From Schmidtea polychroa (Eukaryota), in NCBI GenBank assembly GCA_044892525.1, contig CM097886.1, positions 103,354,001 to 103,418,000 on the forward strand: 64,000 bases of DNA, in the 5' to 3' direction. Under the pieces are notes generated by a model. It was not told the DNA's origin and did no database searches. It saw nothing but the letters and a program-made list of their open reading frames with translations. The translations under genes were made by a program, and so were the position numbers. Positions 48,144 to 58,399 of the stretch are shown here, piece after piece. The first letter of the stretch is position 1, and each line of letters starts with the position of its first letter.

Positions 48144-50378
48144 TAGGGTGGAGTGAAAATGACCGAAAAAAAATTTTTTGACTTAGTAGACTTTGGATAG
48201 TTATAAAAACTTGCTATGAGGTCAAATGAAGTACTCTGTAAAGAAAAACAATAATTTAAATAATGTCTTGAGGTTCTACAACCAACTTTAAAATGTAACC
48301 ATTGATAAGAAAACGATAATGTATTTGCTATCCGGTGTTCTTTTCATTACAAGGAATTGGCAACTTTTTGCTTCCACTAATACGTTATCGTTACTTACTG
48401 TGAACTAAAAGATCATTATTAGTTCACTTTTCTACGCATTCACACGCTGCACTTCCTGTTTCTAGAGTTAATTCAGACGGATTATTGCATACATATTGCA
48501 TAACATTGTATTTTTTTTGAATCGCTGTATGTAGTATTGTTGGTGATAAATAATTACTCCACTACGATACTTCATTATAAGAGGTAATATTATAACATAT
48601 TATTGAAGTCATTGATGGCATTTAAATAATATGGATTTAAAATGCCTCTGGTTTTCCTTTTTAGAGTTGCAATGGCTGTAACCAGAAAGAAAGTGTCTTG
48701 TGTCATCTTTGGTGGTCCATCCGAGATGCCCGACAATCAACTACCGACTTATGCAGATGTTATGAAATTCTACAACCTGACAAAGCAGAGACTGAAATGT
48801 GAATTGAACAATAAAGATCCTTCACATCGCAACGTGGCAGAAACAGTGTCAATGAAAGTAGAACAAATATGGGACAAAGCTTCCATACCACATGTAAGTC
48901 ACCGCCGTGTTCATGAAATGTTGAACGTGTACCACAAGACGTATATGAAATTGCTGAAGCCGTATAAATCTAGGAAGGACTCAGAACCATACAGAGAGAA
49001 AATATCGCAGTGTAAAGATGAATCGATTAAACTCTTTGACATTTGCTCCTGCAAGTGCTCTTGTATGTCTCAGTGTCACTGTGAGAAGTCAAGAAAGATA
49101 CCCACAATTGAACGTGACTTTCTAGAAGATCAGCGGGGTTCACGCAGTATGATCATAGCTGGAGTTGATGAGGTGGAATCCAGTAGATTACAAAAGCGGT
49201 ATATCCGTAAAGAGTCGACACAGAGGCAGATGTGTACCAAATCTGCCATTGATGACATCGGTGATAAACAGTCGGGTGTCTGTGACGAGATTTCTGGAAT
49301 GGAAGAGGAAATGGATACCGGTGATGATGACTCTGATGACGATTGTATAAGCCAAATTAAACAACAGCGAAAATTGAATGACAAGCAGATGAGAGTTAAG
49401 CTACCGTCGTTGGCTTTAGCGTGTGATCGACATGGCGTATCCGACAGGGCGGCAGCAGGAATCGCCAGTGCTGTTCTTCAAGATGTTGGAATAATCCACG
49501 AACATGATGTTTCTAAAGTGATTGACAGAAGTAAAGTGCGTCGAGAACGTTGTAATAAGCGTGGCACATTATGTGCCGAAGTCAGTAACACAATCACTGG
49601 GTTATATTTTGACGGCAGAAAAGACAATACAATGACCCAAATTAAAGAATGCGATGGTAAATTTCATCGGAAAATAATAACTGAAGAACATATATCGATT
49701 ATAGCCGAACCAGGAGCTACATATTTCAGTCACATTACACCAACTGCAGGGTCAAGCAAAGTTATCACGGCTGAGTTGATTGCATATTTGAATAAAAGAA
49801 ATGTTGACACGAGTGGCATAAAAGCAATAGGTTGTGATGGGACAGCCACTAATACGGGCATTCGAGGAGGCATCATTCGATTACTTGAAGTGACGTTACA
49901 CAGACCGCTACAGTGGTTCGTATGTCAGTTGCATGCAAACGAATTACCGTTAAGACATTTGTTTCAGTATCTTGATGGACCTACCAATGGTCCAAAAGGA
50001 TTTTCTGGTCCCATTGGAAAGTCATTGTTGAATTGTGAGAAGCTTCCCATCGTTGACTACATGCCGATAAACTGTGTTCTACCGTCAAGTGCAAATTCCG
50101 ACGATTTAAGTACAGATCAGAAATACCTGTTCGATTTGTGTACTGCTGTAAGTGTTGGTATTTGTCCTGTCGACCATTCACTTCGCAATCCTGGTCTTAT
50201 CAACCATTCGAGATGGTTAACCACGGCTAATCGCATACTACGTCTGTATGTTGCCACAAGAAGCCCGTCGGATGAACTAAAGACGCTTGCTACCTTCATC
50301 GTAACAGTTTATGTACCTGCATGGTTTGAAATAAAGAATACCCCTTCGTGTAAAGACGGCGCTCGACATAACTATTAG
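48144..50378 (+). mobile_element. hATm-type DNA transposon, 3'-truncated
   Basis: Left end TAGGGTGG; ORF 48642-50378 with GLYFDGRKD, AIGCDGTATNTG, VCQLHANELPLRH and HSRWLTTANR; breaks off before the catalytic E; no right TIR found. Confidence 0.75.
48642..50378 (+). CDS. hAT-superfamily (hATm-like) transposase, C-terminally truncated
   Basis: 578-aa ORF; D, D, CxxH and RW motifs present; the true start is probably MAVTRKK or a spliced upstream exon. Confidence 0.75.
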   Translation: MPLVFLFRVAMAVTRKKVSCVIFGGPSEMPDNQLPTYADVMKFYNLTKQRLKCELNNKDPSHRNVAETVSMKVEQIWDKASIPHVSHRRVHEMLNVYHKTYMKLLKPYKSRKDSEPYREKISQCKDESIKLFDICSCKCSCMSQCHCEKSRKIPTIERDFLEDQRGSRSMIIAGVDEVESSRLQKRYIRKESTQRQMCTKSAIDDIGDKQSGVCDEISGMEEEMDTGDDDSDDDCISQIKQQRKLNDKQMRVKLPSLALACDRHGVSDRAAAGIASAVLQDVGIIHEHDVSKVIDRSKVRRERCNKRGTLCAEVSNTITGLYFDGRKDNTMTQIKECDGKFHRKIITEEHISIIAEPGATYFSHITPTAGSSKVITAELIAYLNKRNVDTSGIKAIGCDGTATNTGIRGGIIRLLEVTLHRPLQWFVCQLHANELPLRHLFQYLDGPTNGPKGFSGPIGKSLLNCEKLPIVDYMPINCVLPSSANSDDLSTDQKYLFDLCTAVSVGICPVDHSLRNPGLINHSRWLTTANRILRLYVATRSPSDELKTLATFIVTVYVPAWFEIKNTPSCKDGARHNY

Positions 50379-50599
50379 TTAATGAAACAAACCGAGTTAC
50401 CTTTCATATCTGCAATCAAACAGTGAATGTTACCCGACAAACGGAGTCTAATCAATTTGCTATTTTATATTATTATTGATAAATTCAATCAATATTAAAT
50501 GAAAAAGATAAATCTCAAATATTAACTTTTCGTCAACGTTCACCAATATCAACGTCAAAATTAGTATTCATAAAAATAAAATATTATTTTTTTTTTTTT

Positions 50600-50938
50600 T
50601 TTACTCATTATTATTAGAAAAGATGCTTCCGTTGGCAGAGCTTGGGGTTCAGTTTGACTGATTTGGTTTATTTCGATATCCATACTACAAGTTGATAGAT
50701 GGAATTTGCACAATTTTATTTTCAACTAGAGTTAATTGCCATAGATTTGAAAATAGAGAACGTCTATATTATAGACGTTCTCTATTTTCAAATCTATGGC
50801 AATTAACTCTAGTTGAAAATAAAATTGTGCAAATTCCATCTATCAACTTGTAGTATGGATATCGAAATAAACCAAATCAGTCAAACTGAACCCCAAGCTC
50901 TGCCAACGGAAGCATCTTTTCTAATAATAATGAGTAAA
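50600..50938. repeat. Perfect 339-bp palindrome (169-bp arms around a single T at 50769)
   Basis: ...AGAACGTCTATA-T-TATAGACGTTCT...; no mismatch seen; the left arm runs into T16 (50587-50602). Confidence 0.95.
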
Positions 50939-51472
50939 TGACCATATTGTCATTAAATACTGACAATGAAATTGTGTGTGTAACATTATAACTAACTAAT
51001 CTTACTTTAACAATTTTAATATTCTCATCATCATTGTGTTAATTGAATTTCAAGCAATACCCAAATCTTCTACGAATCGATCTGAGATTACGAGACCTTG
51101 GATTGTCTATGAAGAAACGTTTGTGTAATAAAACATAAATACTTAGCATGCAAAATTGATAAAGTAGTAGTAGTAATATAGTACTAATATTTTATGGATA
51201 TTATCAATATTTTATTTCATTATGAATATAATCAATATTTTATTACATTTTATTTTTTGTGAATCTGCACTTTTTAATGTAGAATGAAAGCATCAATCTG
51301 ATTGGTTAGCACTGTGTTAAGGGGGAGAGAAAATGGTCAAGGAAATTTTCATAAGGGTATTAAAGGCGGGTTAAATTCATTAAACTTAATTAATTTGAAA
51401 ATAAATATCATTTATCCAAAGAAACAGGTAATTATTATTATTATTTATTTATATCGCGAATCAGAACGGAAA

Positions 51473-52183
51473 ATGAAGAGAATGAAGTACCACAGATGCA
51501 GCCAAGTGAAGGAAGAAACCCAATATTACTGAAAATTTCAAGAGATGCTGAAAAAGAAACTGGCCTTTCTCAGAAAAGAAATGAATCTTAAATAAATCTG
51601 CAATATAATATTATTTATCGATGCGGAATATGGCACTTCAGGAAAAATGGTCCCTTTGGCTTTAGCAATTATGAATTATTAATGAAAAATAATAAAGGAC
51701 ATATACTTTACTTCAAGGGGAAAAATTCGGCATTTCAATTCAAGAATCCACGGAAGAACAGAAGTGGCCAGCAGAAATCAATGCCATCAATATGTGGCAA
51801 CAAAGGATATTCAGCAGCTGACAGTGGGAAAGATATTGGTAGGCCATGATCTGCGTGCAGAACTGCAATATTTGGGGATATGGATTGGGCAATTGTATGG
51901 CATTCGTGATTTAGCAGCAGCACCTATACTACAGAACATGGGAGTAACCAAAAGAGGAGAATGGTTTAAATTACAAACCGTGGTAAAAGAAATATGTGGA
52001 GAAGAGACTCATATTGTCATGCATCCGGCCGTCGAGGATGTATAAAGCATTCACAAGGTATATCAGAAAGTGGAAAATCAGTGGATTGACGACATACCAA
52101 TGCCAAAAACCCACCATCAAAGAGATATTCGTGGGATGAATATAAGAAGCTTCGAGAAATGGCATCAACATCGACAACAATAA
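51473..52183 (+). pseudogene. DEDDh 3'-5' exonuclease (REXO4/ISG20/AEN-like) pseudogene
   Basis: A single frame with in-frame stops: FIDAEYG (ExoI, D at 51620), KILVGHDL (ExoII region), IRDLA, MHPAVEDV (ExoIII). Confidence 0.78.
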
Positions 52184-53409
52184 AAGAGAAAGTGACACAA
52201 ATTCCAGTTGACGCTGTACTGAAATCAGAAGAAATTGATTTGACAATCGAAGAGAATGTGGCAATGGAGATTGAAAATTCATTACTTCCATGGAATTGGG
52301 CTACTGAATCGTTTTGGAAATTTTGGAAAAATGTGTTGCATTAATGACAAGTGTTTCGATGGTAAGGATACATCCAAAACTTGAGTATGATCCAATGCCT
52401 GAATGTCGAAAAGCTAAGAAGAGGAAAAATACTTCAAACATTGATGTTGAAGATACTGTTAACCGTTATTAGTGTAATATATGAACGAGAAGAAACGATA
52501 ATACGGTATTGACATGAAACCAAACGATTGGAAATAAAATTGGATTAAATTATATATTATATTTATAAAATAAATAATGTTGAACCCGAGTTTGTCTCAT
52601 TTATTAATTGGTAGCTCATCATTTAAACCCTAAATGATTAAATGAAAAAAAATAAGAGTAAATCAATAAAGAAAACTTTTATTAACATGGGTTCTTATTA
52701 TAAATAACAGCAAACAAATTCCAGATTGTAGGAGTTTGGCTACCCTGGACAACATTGGAAATGTGTGGTTGTCAGTAGCCACAGTTTTTTGTGACAAATG
52801 TAGAGCAAAAGTATAACAATTTATTATTATTGATTACAACATGTAAAAGCTGTATAAAATAACTGTATAAAATAGGATGATAAAGTAATTGTAACTGTCT
52901 AATAATTATTCATTTATTTATTTCAATTTTTATTCGGCATTGTTATTATTAGTATGGTTGGCATTTTGCTCTCTGAGGTAGAAGAATAAATAAAATTATC
53001 GTAATAGCAATTAAAATAAACTAACTGAACAACATAAATATTTCATTAAGTGCCACAAAAAAACAAAGAAACAAAAATTAAAGAAAAAAAATAAAATAAA
53101 GTGAAAAAATCAATAAAAACACAAAATTCGCAATAATAATTAAAAGTACAAAGCAAATGGAGAACCTGATCTAAAGGAAAACCCGAGCGATGTGAGAGAA
53201 ACTGAATTGTCAGTCAAATTAGAAGAGGTTATTAAATTAGTTGATGAATAATTTAATTGGGGCAAACCGTCAAAGGAGACGAGTAAATTTCTCAAAGCAA
53301 TTAGAGTGACAAGAGGAACCCCGGGGTAAATTGGATCCGAAATAATTTGACACAGTAAAATCAAATTACTAGACGAGTATAAAAACGACCGGTAAGTAAA
53401 CAGAATGGC

Positions 53410-53900
53410 CATTTATATTTTTATGAAGTTAAATTTATAGTTTATATTTCTAATGCTAATATAATTTATACTTTTAAGTTTATAATTTATATTTTTATGA
53501 AGTTAAATTAAATTTATAGTTTATACTTAAAGCTGATATAACTATATAATTTATACTTTTAAGTTTATAATTTATATTTTTATGAAGTTATATTTATATT
53601 TTATATTTTTAAAGCTAATATAATTTTATAATTTATACTTTTAAGTTCATGATTTATATTTTGAAGAAATTAAGATTATAATTTATACTTTTATAATTAA
53701 CTTAAAGTTATAATTTATAATTTTACAGTCAATATAAATTTGTAATTTATATTTTTAAAAAATTAAATTTATAATTTATGCCTTTATAACTAATTATAAT
53801 TTATATTTTGAAGAAATTAAATCTATAAGTATAATTCATATTTTTATGAAATTGAGATGATAATTTTTACTTTTATGGGTTTACGATTTGTATTTTTATA
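53410..53900. repeat. Degenerate AT-rich minisatellite (ATAATTTATA(T/C)TTT core)
   Basis: More than 10 imperfect copies. Confidence 0.8.
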
Positions 53901-54020
53901 GTTAGTTTAGAGTCTATTCAATTTAAAATCCAAGTCTTGCCGATACGCATGTCGAACACCTTTATGAATACTATCACTGCTAAATCAATCATTTTAAAAA
54001 AAATCTTTACTTTACACTAT

Positions 54021-55560
54021 TGTTGGGCTGAAACCGAGAACTGAGAGTTTGTTTTAATCAATCGAAAATACCTAACACAAAAACCGCAAAGTTGAAAAAA
54101 ATTTATGACCAAGGTTTAATATAAAATAAATAAAATAAATTTCATCACACATTAAGAGTCAGTAAACCCCGTATAATAGAATAAAGAGATAAATAAATTT
54201 AACAGAAAAATTCAACACTTAAAAATTTCGATAGAAAAATAATAAAATGTAAAATAGAATTAGTTGAAAATTATTTAAATAATATAAAAATTAAATCGTC
54301 AAAATAATAAAATTAGTTAGCATTATGTAAATTGTAAAATTTATAGAATTAAATGGTTATGTAACTTATTAAATTTAAAGATAAAAATGTTTAAATTAAT
54401 AAAAATTAATATAACTCAAATTATTTAAATTATAAAATTTATAAAATTAAAATTAATAAAAATTAAATAATTAATTAATTAAATTAATGAAATTCAAAAC
54501 AAATAAATAATTGCACACACTCATGCATGTATGCAAAATTAAGTAAAAATTTCTCGCACTCTGATTGGATAGAGTGACAGCGCATGCATGAATGCGCATT
54601 CAAAATCAGTATAAATACTGATCACAAATTCATTTGAAAAAACTTGTTTTTCAGCACCACAATGTAATTTGCAGACAGTAAAGCTCTCAGTTTTCGATTT
54701 TATGCCATCGTGGATTTGGTAATTTATTTTTATTCTTATTGTAATTTTTACGAAGTGTTTTAATTAATAAATTTTATATGCAATTAATGTCTCAGTTAAA
54801 TTTTCTTTTGTTGTCCTTTTTAATGGTTGAATTTCATTTAGTTTCAAGTTTTAAATAATAGTTTTCATTGAGTTCAATTATATTACTTATTGATTATGAA
54901 CGATAGAACTGTGGAATTGAGATCCAGCATATCATGGTTTGGGGTACCTTCGGGATGCTCAGACTGGTGGGAGGATTCTCCACGGGTCCGTCGCTGGAAG
55001 TACTTTGGTCAAACATAGGTTAGGACTAAGAATACAGGCAGATCCCTGCTCAAATTTTTTGAAGTACAATTTAAATATTATGGGAAGCGTGGATTAACTT
55101 GGAAATAAGGGCCGATCCCTGCTCAATTTTTTTTTTCGAGATAGGTTAAATATTCATAAATATCAAGTAAAATACCTAGCAACATTTATTAATAGAAAAT
55201 TAAGGGCGCATCCCTGCATAAAATTTTGAAAGGAAACAATAGAAAACATCTAGAAATGAAGACCATAGCCGAATGAGATAGAAAAAGAGAAATCGAAAAT
55301 GATCGATGACGTAAGACCTTCTATCGGCCGTCTAGAACCCGAAGAGAAGATACAATGGGGAGTAGTTTTAGCAATAGAGCTCACCTGCTCATTGTTTTTT
55401 CGCCTTTGTGTATAGTACCAACATGGTCGTCACCATGGGTACACAAATGGTTTAAAGTACAATAGTCATGGAGGTGCTTAGGAAAGAGTCGAGTGAATGC
55501 CTATGATTACCCCTAACGTATTTTAAAATGTAAAAATGACACACCCCTAAGTAACCAACA
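54021..55560 (+). mobile_element. Solo LTR, 1540 bp
   Basis: TGTTGG...CCAACA termini; flanks CTAT/CTAT; reverse CCAAT (54564-54568) and TATAAATA (54610-54617). Confidence 0.8.
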
Positions 55561-56988
55561 CTATTACTAGAAAATTTATTTAGGACATTAATAAATCTAG
55601 ATTCGACAAACGTATAGGTAGAGTTGGTTCTTGATGATATTTAACCGTCTACATTAATTGTGAATTGTGATTAATTTGATTCTGGAGCTTTACTCCGTTT
55701 ATCATACCTAGGGTAATGTATTAGTGTTGATTTTTAGTGTGTACGTTATATGTATATTATGCAGGAGAAAAATCGATTTAAAGAAAGTTGCTTGCTTTCG
55801 TGGCCGCACTGTGCTCACTACGACAAGCCCTAATGTGTGTGTGTGATTCGGTAATGTACTACCGTACTATAGTAACGATAACGAGTTCCAAGAACTCCGC
55901 CGTACCAGAGGTTATTTATCGACGAACCCAGTGGCCTATACCACTGAGTCAGTACGACCTCTGACGACCCGCAATGTATAATACAAATAGGTGCATGTGG
56001 TGATCTGCCATCGTAAATGATAAAGTTGAATGTGCAGGATTTGCTGGGATCTCGCTTCAAATTCGATGATAACCGACGATCTTACTCAAACCTACACCTT
56101 TATAGTTAAATAGAAAGCATGGAAACAAGGTTTAAATAATAATAATTTATAATTCACAATGAAATCGTCCTTACTTTCAATCTCAGAAAATCAAAATCAA
56201 AAATTTGGCATAAGAGTAAGCATTAGCATTTGCCTTGAAAAGTGAAGAAATGTGTTAGTTTATATAGCCTCTGTTTGACGTGTAAGTATACATGCATGCA
56301 TTGATGCAGTAAAATAAACTCGGATGATTTTAATTCTCGAACATTCGATTTTTAATTTTTATCGATTTTGATGGCGATTTTTCAGTAAGAATTTTTGTTT
56401 TTATTTTTGAAATTTTATTTTTGAATTAATTTTCATTAAATTTGCCTCCATGATGGATTTCAGCATTTCCAGAACATTCCATGCAAAATTTAATCTATTT
56501 CTTATTTTTAAATATTTTTTTATTATTTCTTTTCTAAAATTTTATATTTTAAACTAAAATATTTCTTTTTTATAAATTTTATTTGGTCGTTTGGCGGTCA
56601 TGATGGATTTCGCCAGTTTTTGGATTGTTCTGGATTTTTATTCAAAATTTTGATATAATTTTCTTTACGTAAGATTTTATGGAGATTTTTTTTTAATTTT
56701 CTTTTTTTTTAATTTTTACTAATCGGCTTTGTTCGAATTTGTTTTTGTTGTTTTATGTCTTTCGGTTATGTTTGAGTAGGTTTTTGTGTTTTAGGTTTTG
56801 CTCGTGTTTTATTTTATTTTTAATCCAGATATTTTATTTTTGGGTATATTATCTCTCTATTATCATTGTTTACTTGGTGTTATATATATTTTTATTTAAG
56901 TAAACTTAATGCTGGGTATGCGGTTTGTGTACTGACACATTTCGTCCCATTCCTAACTTTGGGTTTAAAAATCAGTTCTAGCCCAACA
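55561..56988 (-). mobile_element. Long LTR-like element of a related family, opposite orientation
   Basis: Minus-strand start TGTTGGGCTAGAAC at 56988; ATGCATGCATG and TATATAAA promoter-like block at about 56260-56310; left boundary uncertain. Confidence 0.5.
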
Positions 56989-57369
56989 AAAGTATACAAA
57001 TACAGAAGCGGGACAAATTACCAAAATTAAGCAGAAATATTTAGTAAATAAACAAATAGTAAGAAGTTAATGAATAAAATTGGTAAACAAATGCTAACGA
57101 GTAATAAGAAAAGGATTTAAAATGACCAAATAATCATGATATTAACAAGAAATAAGCCAACTGAATCGGTGAGAACAAAAGAAATAAAATGGTAGCCAAG
57201 CGAGCAAAATACGGAAATAATGAAAACTAGAAATTAAGAATAACCGAAATAAGTAAATTAAGAGCACAAAATGAGAATAAAGGTATAACGAAAATCTGTG
57301 AGCAAATAAATAGAGCAAATTCTTCCATTTCTTTTCTTTATTTGTGCTCTGATAAAACATTTAGAGAAG

Positions 57370-57625
57370 CAGAAGATGCACAATACGAATTTCTAGAATT
57401 CTTCCATCGAGGACAAGCGGTGAATCAATCAAACAAAATCTAAGCAAGACCACTAAGATGTCTACCCAAAGTAGTGTTCAGCGAAAAAACATGGAAACTC
57501 AACTGGTAACCTAATTTGTGAATGGATTGCGACGAGATGACATCAAAGGCGTAGTCGGATGCAGAATCTGCAAGACGTTGGACGAAGCAATAGAAGCAGC
57601 GAATGTATGTGAAATGTACACCAAA
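57370..57625 (+). pseudogene. gag relic
   Basis: FVNGLRRDDIKGVV...KTLDEAIEAA. Confidence 0.55.
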
Positions 57626-58399
57626 GTAATACAACTACAAACTATGAGGCATATCGCAGATTTTTCGAATGCGTTATTTCTCTTTTAACTGTGTTGGTGA
57701 TTGCAGCTTTTTACGTTCCTTTATTTTATTATGCGTGTTTTATTTGTTCTCAATGTGTTGTGTACTTTACTTTGTATTATTTGGTGTATAATCATAAATT
57801 TTAATTCAACTTGGTGCGGTTTTTATGCAATGTATTTCTGACTCATCAAAATAAGCTCTCAATTTTTGGTTCTAGCCCAACAATTTGTTCACGGGCTAAC
57901 CCAGCAGTTTAAAACAAAGATCTATCATTTATAATATGCAACATGTGTTAAAGAGTCGAATAATAGGATGTGCGGTGCGATGGAGAGATTATGTCGTGTC
58001 AACGGTTAAATTATATTATTTTCTATTGTTATAGTTATTTATTTTCTATTTTTAAGAGGTGAAAACCGCACGTGGTTTTCATTTTACTTAAACTTTTGAC
58101 AATTAGCGTTGCAATTAATTAACCTCTTTTTAACTTACAAATTAAAGTAATAAATTAAATATTTAATCGATACGCCTAATTATTCAGACAATACTGGTCA
58201 TTAAACACAAGTTTAGATATTTTAAATTTTGAAATAAAAGTTTTAACAAAGACAAATAATGAGATTTAATGATTTTGTTTTATTAAGGTTGATCTACTTT
58301 CAAAATTTCAAAGTGCATAACTTTATTTTTAAATTCACATTAATTAATATCACTTTTTTTAATAGTTTATCTGTAACAATTTGATTCGATTCATTTCAA

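Noticed and set aside
47896-48156. 86-aa ORF with N-glycosylation sequons (env-like?)
   Set aside because: No recognisable motif, signal peptide or TM segment; upstream frames are full of stops
51473-52183. Alternative genetic code to explain the in-frame stops of the exonuclease
   Set aside because: Neighbouring host genes use TAA as a stop and have no internal stops; the expected residues at the stop positions differ (E/G/K), which fits point mutation
55030-55470. LTR-encoded membrane protein with ADPCSNF repeats and a hydrophobic tail
   Set aside because: The three copies have stops and compensating indels in every frame. The apparent synonymous bias is confined to about 10 codons, and nucleotide repeats explain the peptide repeat. 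Kept only as a possibility in the LTR finding.
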